A stretch of 64,000 bases of DNA from Sphyrna mokarran (taxonomy: Eukaryota), in the NCBI GenBank assembly GCA_024679065.1, contig JAGIQG010000003.1, positions 79,732,001-79,796,000 of the forward strand, written 5' to 3'. Below the pieces are notes generated by a model. It was not told the DNA's origin and did not search any database. It saw nothing but the letters and a program-made list of their open reading frames with translations. The translations under genes and the position numbers were made by a program. Shown piece after piece: positions 12,329-24,084 of the stretch; position 1 is the first letter of the stretch; the number at the start of each line of letters is the position of its first letter.

Positions 12329-14249
12329 CTAATGTGATTCACAACACATTGGAGAGATCAGAATCAGTATGCTGAGCAGGCTACTATGCATACAATGATC
12401 TGTCAGTGGGGAGATCAGTACACACGCAATGGAACTACCCCACCCCCCTAACCACCATCGTCCTGATCACCGGTCTTCCAACTGCATCCCCGGACCCCCT
12501 GCCAACTGCTGGCCTCCATGACCCCCACAGCGATTGCCAGCTCTGTGACACTCCCACACCATGTCCAACCTGATAGCCAACCCAACTCACCCTTCCCGTG
12601 TCCATCTCAAATTGTCCCTCCCCAAATCCAGCCCCAATTATCCTTCCCTCCCAATCCCCACCGATCCCTAATGCAGAATTGGCAGTGGATCCCCCACCAC
12701 CACCAATTGGCCCTGTCCCCAGTAGGCCCTGTCCCTTTTGGCCCCATCCCATTGACAATACCTGGTTCCTGGTGGGCAATGCCATGGCAATTAATGTCAG
12801 GGTGCCCAATGGCCAGTGCCAGGATGTCCAGTAGGCAGTACAGGTTGCCAGGCTGGCACTGCTCAAGGGCTCACCCCCTGCTCCACCTCCTGGAGGGATA
12901 TCATTGGTTTGTGTCCCCACCAGCAGGTGATCACGCCTGGTCCCCATTGATAACATTATCACAGTGGGTGACTGTTAAATGAGCAGTCTGATTGATAACT
13001 CCAAGTAGTTTTCATGAGGGATTAAAGGAACTTTAATATTTTGAATGTTTTTCTTGAAATAAGAGTATTAGTGATGTCATCAATAGACACATATGAATTA
13101 GGAACTGGAGTAAGCCATTTAGCCCCTAGAATCTGCTCTGTCATTAAATAAGATAATGACAGATCTATTGTGGCCCCAACTCTACTTACCTTTGATTAAA
13201 TTTGATTCTCTTCTTAGTCAAGAATCTATCTACCTCTGCCTTAAAATAGTCAATGACTTCCACCACTCTCTGGGAAAGAGCGTTCCACAGATTCATGATC
13301 CTTTGAGAGAACATAAAAATGAATCTCCATCTTAAGCAAGAGAACATTTTCGTAAACTGTGAGGGCAATTCTCCCAAAAAAATTTGAAGTGCTGAATTGT
13401 CGTGAAAATGGTGTAATTCACAATTGTTTTTGCAGTGGGAGTTCAAATTTGAATCTCCTACACTCTGTGCAATGCAGAGGTCATAATCGTGAATATAATT
13501 GAAAGCTCAGGATGCGGGACCTATTCACGCCAGACAGAGGCCGACAGCTGAGCATTGGCCCCTGTCTATCAGCCTCCTGTTTGCTGGCCAACTCAATTTC
13601 TGGCCAGTCCAGGACCCCTGCATTGCTGCCCCTCCCCACCATCCCTGCCCAAAGTCCAATTGTGGCCTAATCATGGCCCCCACAAGTATTCCTGGGCCAG
13701 CTTCAAGCCCCCTTGTGCCCCTCAACATCCAGGAGCACCCCAATCTCCCTCCTGGCAGTGACGATTCCCACTAGTAGGAAATGCCAATGTACTCCATAGG
13801 CACAGGCACTGTGTTCCTTGGGCAGTGCTGGGGGCACAAGCTGACAAGGGGCACCATTTCCCCACAGTCCAACCCCCTCAGGGCCTGAATTGCCCCCCCC
13901 CTTCAATGTAGCGCGGTCTCCTGATAGTTCCCCAAAAATGGATAGCTACTCTAAACCCTGTCAGAGTGAAATAATCCTGGTAAAATGGAAGATGCTATCA
14001 GGCCTGGAGAATCCAATCCTGGGCCCGATAATCACATTTAAATAACATTAAAAATAAATTAAAATCACTTACCTGGTCTTCCCACCAGTTTCCAGTGTGA
14101 TCGCAACTGCGCCTGCTTCCCAGCAGTGACAGACGCACGTGCTGTGACTCGCACGTGTGAATCCTGTGAATTGGCGTATGTGTGAGGTCTCTCATTCTGA
14201 CTCACCAAAGAATTAATGGGTCAGAATGAGAAAATTTCCCCCTCTGAAT

Positions 14250-15305
14250 CCTAGTTTAGTCTCTCCCAACTTGTGAAGAGTACCCTCATGATCTTGTTTA
14301 TTTCAATGAGATCACCTTTCGTTCTTCTAAAGTCCAGTGTATTCATACCCAGCCTGTCTAACTTTTCTTCATAAGATATTCCATTCCCCCATCCCAGGTG
14401 TAAATCAAGTGAGCCTTGTCTGAATTGCTTCTGATGCATTTATATTCTTTCTTAGATAAAGAGATGAAAACTGCACAGTACTTCAGCTGTGGCCTCACCT
14501 ATACCCTATAAAGTTATAATAAAATATCTCTACTTTTATACTCCAGTCCCCAACATTCCATTTGCCTTCCTAATCATGCACTGTACCTTCATACTAACTT
14601 CTTGTGATTCATCTACTGGGTCATCCAGATTTCTCTGTACCTCAGACTTATGCAATCGCTCTCCATTTAAATAATATGTGGCTTTCCTATTCTTCCTGCC
14701 AAAGTTTCCTACATGTCAAATTTCTCCCCATTTACTTTATCTTTGGGCCCTTCACAGACTCCTTATGCCATTTATACAGTTATTTTTCTACCTAACTTTG
14801 TGCCATCAGCAAATGTAACTACCATACATCCAAGTCATTGCTATAAATTGCAAGTAGTTGAGATCTTAGCACTGATCCCTGTCACATCTTGCCAATCTGA
14901 AAATTACCCATTTAACCCAACAGTTTCCTGTTAGCTAACCAACCCTTTATCCATGCTAATATATTATTCCCTTCACCATCAGTTCTTATTTTGTGCAATA
15001 AACTTTGATGTGGAACCTTGTTAAATGCCTTCTGGAAATCCAAGTACGCTACATCCACAAGTTCCCTTTGTCCACGCTCCTTAATTAGTTCCAATAAATT
15101 AACAAAATGTCATTTCCCTTTCATTAAACCATGTTTTCTTAATTTGATTGCATTGAGATTTTACAATGCCCCACTAAAACCTCCTTAATAATTAATAAGA
15201 GATTCTAGCACTTTCCCTCAGGCAGATGTTAACTTAATGCACATGTAATTTCTTGTTCTTTGTCCCCTCCTTTCTTGAATAAAAAAGTTACATTTGCTAT
15301 TTTCT
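14250..15305 (-). mobile_element. Decayed CR1 RT fragment
   Basis: VDVAYLDFQKAFNKVPH motif at 14912-15094. Confidence 0.85.
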
Positions 15306-15905
15306 GAACTGATATATTTAGTCTGTTTCATCCCAGCCCTAGAATGAAAATTTGACTTTCCAAGCCTGGGAGAAGTTCATGGAGCTGGGAAGCATCCAGA
15401 TTCTGGAATGAAAATCCAGGTTTGTGTTTGAAATTCCTGTGACAGATGTTCATCTGAAATTTTATAGCCCTCGTGAGTTTTGGTTTGTGGTATTCCTGAC
15501 TGGAGAGATTGGTTGCGATTCTCCAATCCGCACCCGCCACTTTTCTGGTGGGTCCGGTCAGGAGATACACATCTGCGGCCTTGAATAGGAATTTGCGTAT
15601 GTGTGGGGAACGCAAGCACGTCTCCCAGAGCTGGCGACTACGCTGGAAGCCAATGGGAAGGTAGGTAAATAATTTAAATGTTTTAACATCTTTCTTAAAT
15701 ATGTAGATTTGCTAATTATCAGGATCTTTCAGGTCCGGATTGAATTTCCATCCCGCCAGGAATACTTCATTCTGGCAGGGTTCAGGCTAACTCACCACAT
15801 TCGGGGAACTAGTGGGAGACCTGCAAGAATGAAGGGGAGGCAATCAAGGCCCCAAGCATGTCAGACAGCACAGGTGTGGTGCCTCCCCTGGACATGGTCA
15901 CACTG

Positions 15906-16510
15906 TGATGTAGAGATGCCGGCGTTGGACTGGGGTAAACACAGTAAGAAGTCTGCAACATCAGTTTTAAATCCAAACGATGTATTTGATAGTAAACTTG
16001 CAAGCTTTCGACTTTATAGCCTTTGTCAGGCGTATGAAGTGTTCTGGTCTCCAAAAGCACACATATCAGCAAGGGCATTCAGCCACCAACCTTTGGGTAA
16101 ATGTTCTTCAAGGGGGCCTTCACGACACACGACAGCGCAGAGCTGCTGAGCAGAGACTGATAGCCAAGTTCCGCACACATGAGGACAGTCTTAAAAGAGA
16201 TCTTGGCTTCATGTCACACTATCTGTAACCCCCATGACTTGCCTGGGTTAGCAAAAAACCTCACTTACTGTGCTGTCTGGAGACAATACACATCTCTCTA
16301 ACCTGTGCTCACATTGTTAGCCACTTTAAGACTTGAATAGCAGGTTAGGTGTAAAGATTCACATTCTAATCAGTAATCTGGAAACTGTCTGTGCTGATAT
16401 GTGTGCTTTTGGAGACCAGAACACCTCATTTGCCTGACAAAGCCGAAAGCTTACGAGTTTACTATCAAATAAATAGATTGGATTTAAAACTAGTGTTGCA
16501 GACTTCTTAC
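15906..16510 (+). mobile_element. Penelope-like element: GIY-YIG C-terminus between inverted pLTR arms
   Basis: HSATNL...RRAAEQRLIAKFRTHEDSLKRDLGFMSHY; inverted arms about 15944-16070 and 16393-16510; 13-bp TSD CATGGTCACACTG. Confidence 0.9.
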
Positions 16511-17494
16511 CATGGTCACACTGACAGTGTCAGCCTGTGCCGACTGCACTGTCCAAGTGGCATCTAGGCATTGCATCAGACAGTGCCAAGGGGGTGAGAC
16601 CTATTGTAGGCAGGGTCTAGGTGCAACTGGTGGGGGTTGGGGGGACTCCCTGCCACTCTGCATTGGGATCAGTCTGGGAGAGCAGCAATTAGGACGGGCT
16701 GGGGGTTGGTCTGCCAAGGGAGACTGGCTCCAGGAGGGTCTGACCCCAAGAGGGGGGTGAGCAAGAGGGGTTCTGCCGGGGTGAAGGGATTTGGAATTGC
16801 CACTGCTGGGGGAGTGAGGCATCGGGGTTCTTCGGACAGGGGAGGGTCAGGCTGGCCTGGGAATTGTTGTGGGGGCTATGTGAGAGGTTGGATGGGCAGC
16901 ACTGCAGGGGTCTAGGGCTGGCCAATTATCCAGCTGGCCAGCAAATGGCGGTTTGACAGTTTGGGGCCACTGTACATGCGCAGAGCTCCAGAACTGTCAA
17001 ACTCCAATGCAAATAGGCACCTCCCTCCTAGGTTTTTAATGAGATTCACAACTGGAGTCCCTTTGGTGCACAGAATGCAGAGATTCAGGTGAGAAGCTGA
17101 ACTGTCAGAACTAGAACACTTTTTCTGCCAATTTAGCACTTTTGGGAGAATCGCTCCCATTGTTACTCTGTTGGGGTGGAATTGATGGAATGTCATGAAG
17201 GAGCTGGCATTGAAAAAATGAAATGGCATGGAAATACAGTTGATATGGGAGATGGGATGGTTTGGAGGAGGTAGCATTGGCGAGTTGGAGAGATAATGAA
17301 TTTAATTAAATTCAATAAAATAATGATGACAATTATTTGCTCAACTTCTTATTCAAAAGCGATTTTTTATGCTGGAAATGAAGATTCGCTAGATTTGAAT
17401 GAAGAATGTTGAGGAAAGCTGTCAGATAAATTGAAAGAGTACACTAACATTGAATCTATAGACAAAGAAAATGATAACGTGTGAATTATGAAAA

Positions 17495-17960
17495 GGACAA
17501 TTTGGCCCCTCAAGCCTGCTCCAGCATTCAGTAAGATCATGGCTGATCTGGTTGTACCCTTAATCCAATGAAACCACCTACCACGATAATCCTTTACACT
17601 TGTTATTATTGACAATCCGTCTATTTTGACATTAAAAATATTCAAAAACTCTGCTTCCACTGGCTTTTGAGGAAGAGAGTTCCAGAGACTCATGACCCCC
17701 TGAGAGAAAATATTCTCCTCATCTGTTTTTAACAATGGCCCTTAGTTCTAGGCTGTTTCCCAAGAGGAAACATTCCCTCCACTTTCACCCAAAAGGTACC
17801 CAAAGATATGCTGGCTAGGTACATTGGCCATGCTAAATTCTCCTTCAGTGCACCTGAACAAGTGCCAAAGTGTCGTGACTCAGGGATTTTCACAGTAACG
17901 TCACTGCAGTGTTAATGTAAGCTTACTTGTGATACAAATAAATGGTGTCACAAGTAGACT
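17495..17960. mobile_element. CR1 3' fragment (minus) abutting a SINE 3' half (plus)
   Basis: FSQGVMSLWNSLPQ motif; SINE tail gggattttcacagtaac...gtgttaatgtaagc also seen at about 37160 and 35160-35290. Confidence 0.7.
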
Positions 17961-18309
17961 ATAAACCAGTCACAAGGCCTGAATTTTGACAAAATTAGTA
18001 TTTATATTCCCCACCTATGTTTATAGAAGGACAGTGTTATGTAGTTTTTTCTGCAGTGAAAAGTGTTGATTCTGTTCAAGTCTTTGGTGAAAAAAATAAC
18101 CAGAATTTTTTATTTAAAGATATACTGTCGTAATAAGGATAATAATAATAATTTCACTGTAAATGTTTTGTGGGTGACTGGCTGCTGTCTTAATTATTGA
18201 AACATATGTAGGATTAGGTTCCTATTAATCAAACAAAAACATCTAAAATACTCAAGCTGTAAGATAAAGTTGATTCATTTTTACTCTCCAGAAACAGATA
18301 TCTCAGATC

Positions 18310-18735
18310 TGTCCTCAGTGTCAGCCCACTTCAGTAGCACCTCTGTCACCGCTGCATCTAATAGTTGTGGGTTCAACCCATGGCGCAGTACTGAGGGAAT
18401 GCTGCACCCTAAGGTGCACTGCCTTTCTGATGAGACAATAAACCAAGACACTGTCTACTCCCTTTAATGGGCACAAAAGATTAATTACGCTTCTTTAAAA
18501 AGAGCAGGTGAATTCCTCTGAATGTTGTGACCAATATTTATCCCTCAATTCAACATAATCGAAATAAACTATCCAGTCATTATCACAGTGCAGTTTTTAT
18601 GATTTTGCTGTGTGCAAATTGGTTACAACATTTTCCATAAAACAGCACTGACTACAGTTGAAAAATGTTTAATTAACTGCAAGGTGCTTTATAATGTCAT
18701 GGGATTGTGTAAGATACTACATAAATGCTAGGTTT
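18310..18735 (+). mobile_element. DeuSINE (SacSINE1-like), decayed
   Basis: Deu-domain-like gtactgagggaatgctgcac...ctttctgatgagacaataaacc; L2-type tail actacataaatgc. Confidence 0.65.
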
Positions 18736-18908
18736 CATTTTCCTTTTCATCCTTTGTGCAGCCCATATTTGGTGCTAGATAATCCTCCTCCATCACTTTG
18801 CACCAGGCTGCAACCTGCGCCCCACCCTCCCCTGTACCATCTCATGCCCTTACGCCAACTGCAAGTTCATGCACCAACCTCAAAGTAAGTAACTTATTAA
18901 ATACTTAC

Positions 18909-18935
18909 CAATCTTTCCTCCATCACTAAAATTAT
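18909..18935 (-). CDS. CDHR-like cadherin, 27-nt microexon 2 ((N)NFSDGGKI)
   Basis: Acceptor ctttgtctttctgttgcag, donor G|gtaagt, symmetric phase 1-1, no stop in the spliced frame. Confidence 0.75.
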
Positions 18936-19266
18936 CTGCAACAGAAAGACAAAGTATATTGAATCATCTGATGATGCAAAATATTATAAGCATAGAATCT
19001 AATAATGGATAATGGCAGGAAATGAGTGAAAAAATTTAAATCTTTCCTCCTCCCTGAAATTTCCAATATTCTGAATATTTTTTCCTCTGCAGTTCATTGC
19101 TACTATTACAACAAAATGAAACAGAACAATACAATACTTGGGACGGAAAACTGTTACGACTACTACAATTACTGAGTTATGTTTCCAACTATCTGTTTTA
19201 GTTCAGGATAAAATGAAATAGGTGACCCCTTCCTTGTTTTGTTTGGCAGTAGGGCTATGTGACCTG

Positions 19267-19336
19267 GTTACCATGGGGACTGAGGTCACAGATCAAGTCC
19301 TATTGAAACACAAGAGCCAGCTTTCACGCCTAAACA
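19267..19336. promoter_or_regulatory. Full X-box plus forkhead core in cadherin intron 1
   Basis: 19267-19280 rc GTCCCCATGGTAAC fits GTHNYYATRRNAAC; TAAACA at 19331-19336; lies in non-repeat sequence. Confidence 0.45.
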
Positions 19337-19424
19337 CAAAAGAAAGTACGTTTCTTGCAGACTTGCTAATTCAGGGAACTTTCCACGTCCTTAATTTCAA
19401 AGCATCTCCCCCAATTCCTCACAT

Positions 19425-20100
19425 TTACTATCCATACCCTCAATATCCATACCCTGAAATTCCACACTCTCAATATCCACAACCTCACTGCCTTTACCCT
19501 CAATATCCACACCCTCACTGCTCACACTCTCAATTTCCACAGCTTCAATATCCGCACCCTCAATATCTACACCCTCAATATCTACACCCTCAATATCTAC
19601 ACCCTCAATATCTGCACTCACTGCCCATACTCTCAAACACCCACACTCTCAATATCTGCACCCTCACTGCCCACAAGCCTCAATATCCATACCCTCACTG
19701 CCCACACTCTCAACACCCACACCCTCAATATCCACACACACAGTATCCGCATCCTCAATATCCACATCCTCATTGCCTGTACCCTCAATAATCACACCCC
19801 CACTGCCCACACTCTCAATATCCACACCTTCAATATGCATACCCTCAATATCTGCACCCTTACTGCCCATATCCTCAAATATCCACACTCTCAATATCCA
19901 CACCCCTACCCTCAATATCTGCACTCTCAATATTCATACCCTCAAATTCCACACACTTACTACCTATACCCTCAATATCCACACTCTCAATATCCACACT
20001 CTCAATATCCACACTTTCAATATCCACACTCTCAATATCCACATCTTCACTGTTCATAACCTCAATGTTTAAACCCTCAATATCCACATGTTCAATATTA
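19425..20100. repeat. 15-bp minisatellite (ctcaatatccacacc) with ctcactgcccacact variants
   Basis: Directly visible tandem array, followed by a degenerate CA-rich tract to about 20500. Confidence 0.95.
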
Positions 20101-20740
20101 CACATGCAAACACACATGCAAACATATATACTAATACACTAACACACTCACTAGTACACTCAGACACACCAACACACACTCACACACTAATACACTCAGA
20201 CACACACATAGCCATATATTCATACCCTCACACACACAATAATGCACAAATACTCTCACAAACACTAATGCACTTATGCACACTAACATGCACACACACT
20301 AAGACATTCTCACACACTAGTGCACTAATGAATTCGCACACACTAACGCACTCACACACACTAATGCACTCATACACAGTGACATTCACACTCTAACACA
20401 CTCAGCCACACATCCTCACACTTGAATGCAATAACACATCCACACGGAACAATATACTCACATACCGTAATGCATTCACACACTAATGCATGCATGCATG
20501 CATATATAAATGTAAATATATAATTACAGACAAAGACACTCATTCACGTACACAGATTTCTCAATAAAGATTCTGATTTTATGTATCTATACTAACAATT
20601 AATAAACATTGAGAGAATATTGCATTCTTCATAACATTTTCTTTGTAAATGCACAGGGGCACAGGGTGTCACTGTAAGGTCTGATTCTGTCATCAGTAAT
20701 GTATGAAATAATGAAGCAAGTTTAAAACATGAATACTTAC

Positions 20741-20792
20741 TCCAAAAAACAAGAACTAGGGATAGCAAACTGAAGGCTGTGGGAAGACCCAT
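20741..20792 (-). CDS. CDHR3/CDHR4-like cadherin, coding exon 1 (signal peptide MGLPTAFSLLSLVLVFW)
   Basis: ATG at 20792 (AGGATGG context), hydrophobic 17-aa stretch, donor A|gtaagt at 20740 in phase 1; splices in frame to the downstream exons. Confidence 0.85.
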
Positions 20793-20909
20793 CCTGCTAG
20801 AACTCAGCTGGAATCTTCTCTCAGAGTGAAATTATTCTGTAGCTGGACTTGGCATGTTAGCTCTCCCTCTGTGTCAACTCACCACACACTGGTATCTCAA
20901 ACACTGGAG

Positions 20910-20936
20910 GTTACTAGGAGTCAAGGATCTAGCAAC
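20910..20936. promoter_or_regulatory. Two RFX-type half-sites 118-144 bp upstream of the cadherin ATG
   Basis: GTTACTAGG (rc CCTAGTAAC) at 20910-20918 and CTAGCAAC at 20929-20936. Confidence 0.35.
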
Positions 20937-21573
20937 ATAGAAACAGAGTGTGCCCAACCCATCCTCACCTATACGATGCTGCAGTCTGCACACTACATCT
21001 TCACTTTTAAACTTGCACCATCCCCTACACCAAACTGGTGGGCACTGCCCCTCCTTGCCTCTGATTTCCCTAAAAAGCCTCAATAGCCTCCGGTTCTACT
21101 GGCAAGGCAACCACAACAGGTCATACCTGATCCTCACCAGACACAACTTCTCCCGGCGAGACCACAGAGGCAAGTGAACCTGGGCGATAGTGTCCCAGTC
21201 TCATTAAATCAATGATAGACATTTTCATATTTAAATAAATTATTCGAGCACAAAGCTGACCTCGCTGGATATCCAATAAGATTGTGAGAGGTGAGAAATT
21301 GGGCACAAACTTGATTTCTTGGCTCTCTAGTGATCTTACTGGCTTGCCCCAACCATCAATCAATAGGGCACAATGGTAAGGTTGCCCCCATTAACTCTGG
21401 GTATATTCTTATGACTTCATCCCACCAGTCTTTCAGTGAGGCAAGGTGATAACATTGGATAAGAGGCAATAAATCTGGTTCATGCTCAGTTTCTCGTATG
21501 CCCCGATCTTACTGGCCCTGTTCTGCCAGTGAAATCAACTTTATGCCTCTTCTGGGCACAAAGCTGATTTAAA

Positions 21574-21973
21574 TAGAACAAAGAACAAAGAACAAAACAG
21601 CATGGGAAACAGGCTCTTCGGCCTAACGAGTCCGCGCCGCCACCCCGATGTTCCCACCTCTACCCGCGATCCCTGTCTTTGGGATATGGGAGGAAACTGG
21701 AGCACCCGGAGAAAACCCACGCAAGCACAGGGAGAATGCGCAAACTCCCACAGACACAGGCCCAAATCCATGTATCTGCACAGCACAGCGATAGTCACTG
21801 AGCTGCCGTGTTGCCCATCAAATGGTCCAGGTCAAGCGTACACTAACGACGTGAAGCAGTAGGATACTCTCGAAAAATATCCAGGAGCAGCCCTCTCACG
21901 ACCCATCGCGTGTATGCCCCTCGTTAGACAACAAGGTGGACCAAAGCACCTGTAGGATAAAAACAAGTACATC
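21574..21973 (-). mobile_element. Second copy of the extended-head V-SINE, internally deleted
   Basis: Near-identical reverse complement of 7-485, lacking roughly 301-385. Confidence 0.9.
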
Positions 21974-22482
21974 TATTGACACACTTCTTAGGGACTCCCA
22001 AGGCTCATGATCCCTATTTTAAATCAGTTTTCTATATCCCTCCATTCCAATTCTGTTTATGTGCCCATCTAAGTATTTCTTAGATGGTATACTTATGGTA
22101 TACTTTCCATATCATAAATGAGGACGTCGCCACTGACTTGCATTAATCCCTTGTCAGTTGAGCTTCAGTATTTGTAGTATTACCAACTTTTTTTCCCTAA
22201 CATGTAAGATCCTGATGGTTCTTGACAGGATGGATATGGAAAGGATGTTTTCTCTTGTGGGAGAATGTACAACTAAAAGTCACTGTTTAAAAATGAGGGG
22301 TCATCCATTTAAGACAGAGATGAGGAGAATTCTTTTCTTTCAAGAGGTTGTGAGTCTCTGGAACTCTCTTCCTCAAAGGAAGGAGAATCTTTGAATATTT
22401 TTTAAGGCAGAGGTGGATAAATGGGGTGGGAGACAGAGCTGAAAGGTTATCAGAGGTAGGTGGGAATATGGGATTGAAGTTA

Positions 22483-23313
22483 TGCTGTACCTGTTAATTC
22501 TCAGATACTTTTGACCTGTTTGCTTACTCTAAGGTTTTATTCCGATGCCCTTATTTGCAAGATGGACAAAGGACAAACACAAGTAAAGGTTCAACAAGTT
22601 TATTAATAAGACACTATTAACCCTTAAACTACCCACATAAAACAAGAGGATACCCCAGATTCAAGTATACTACCCACAAAGATGGTTTGGTTAAATTATA
22701 GACTCGATTCTCTGAGTCCTTCTGGTCTGTCATCATGAAGGTGAGTCTCAATGGCAGCTTCTTCCTTCCTTCTTTCTCTGGTCAGCCTTCTGGACGGTCC
22801 AGTTCGTCTCCTTGGTTGAATCTTCACTGCTGGTGTGTCTGAAATGTGACCCATTATCCCCTTGCCTGCTTGCCTTTCCAGAAATTTCTCTGGCTTCTGG
22901 CCGATGAGGTCCCAGGAGGAGGTTCCAATGCCTGATGGGTTCACTTGATGTCTGCTTGACAAGACACCAGGGTCCGCCCGCAGGTGTCCATCTCCATGCT
23001 GTTGCTTATATGTAACCTATTATCAGATAAGGGAACTGCAGGAATTCTCAGTGGTAGGAAGTCTGGCCCAATCTGGGTTTCTAACAATAGGCCGGTGCAT
23101 TTCAATGTGGTGCAATGATCTGCTGCTCAGTATCAGTAGAATGCAATGACCTTTGATGGGTGATCGATGGGTCAGGCCCAGACACGTTTGTGTATTTGTA
23201 CAATTGGCCTGACCAAGGTTTGACTGTGTTTGATTTTAATATTAACCCAATTCTTTAACTTAGGATATCCAATTTTATCAGTCTTAAAACTAGGCCCTGT
23301 TTATATTACCACA
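22483..23313 (-). mobile_element. Solo LTR (831 bp) inserted in a CR1 3' end
   Basis: TG...CA termini, 4-bp TSD GTTA (22479-82, 23314-17); AATAAA and TATA-like motifs on minus; host CR1 at about 22200-22482 resumes at 23314-23400. Confidence 0.85.
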
Positions 23314-23409
23314 GTTACAATTAGAGCAGCCATGATCGTATTGAATGGCAGAGCAGGCTCAAGTGGCCAAGTAGCCTATCCTGCTTCTAAATGTATGCTT
23401 GCATGTAAA

Positions 23410-24050
23410 AGCAAATATTCTAACATCGACCCCAGTGAACTCCACTACAAACTTCCCTGTCACTCAGCCAATTCTGTATCCATGGTGTTGCTGTGACTTT
23501 CATTCCATTCATACAATCTGTTGTGCAACACTTTGTTTATAATCTATTGTGTAGCAATTTATCAAAAACGTTTTGGAAGTCCGTGTACACCACATCAACC
23601 CTCTCTGTTAATTCATCACAAAATTTCAGCAAGTTAGTTAAACACAATTTGCCAATGACAAATCTATGCTGGCTTTCTTTAATTAAATTTCATTTGCCCA
23701 AGTAACTATTAATTTTGTTTCAAACTACCATTCTAAAAGCTTTCCCACAACCATGGTTAAGCTGACTGGCCTATAGTTGCTTTAATACTTTTGAAAAGGG
23801 TATAACATTTGAAATTCTTCAATCCACTGACACCACTCCTGAGTCTAAGGAAGACTAAAAAATGATGGCCTCTGCAGTTCTCATTTCCACTTCCCTCAGT
23901 ATCCTTGGACACATCTCATTCAGTTCAGGCACCTTGTCAACTTTAAATACAGAAATCCTATCCAATACCACCCTTCCCCTTATCAATTTTAAACCTTTCA
24001 GGTGTCTGAATTACCACAGCCATGACCTGGCAGTATCTTTTCTCTTGGTA
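23410..24050 (-). mobile_element. Old CR1 ORF2 fragment
   Basis: Reverse strand encodes VDVVYTDFQNVFDK and NYRPVSLT-like motifs. Confidence 0.75.
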
Positions 24051-24084
24051 ATGAACAAGGATAGGTATGAAGATAAGTTCTGGT

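Larger units (their letters stand above)
13361..17158. mobile_element. Long-armed non-autonomous DNA transposon (Harbinger-like) hosting nested insertions
   Basis: TIRs gagggcaattctcccaaaa / ttttgggagaatcgctccc and imperfect inverted arms; contains CR1 and Penelope insertions. No TSD seen. Confidence 0.65.

Noticed and set aside
12435-13906. Pro/Gly-rich ORFs (also at 16512-16925, 37589-38236, 61747-62774)
   Set aside because: C- or G-skewed subterminal regions of DNA transposons.
19222-20396. HPQY-, VDIEG- and His/Thr-repeat ORFs
   Set aside because: Translations of a 15-bp minisatellite and CA tract that are open in several frames on both strands; intronic, with no splice support.
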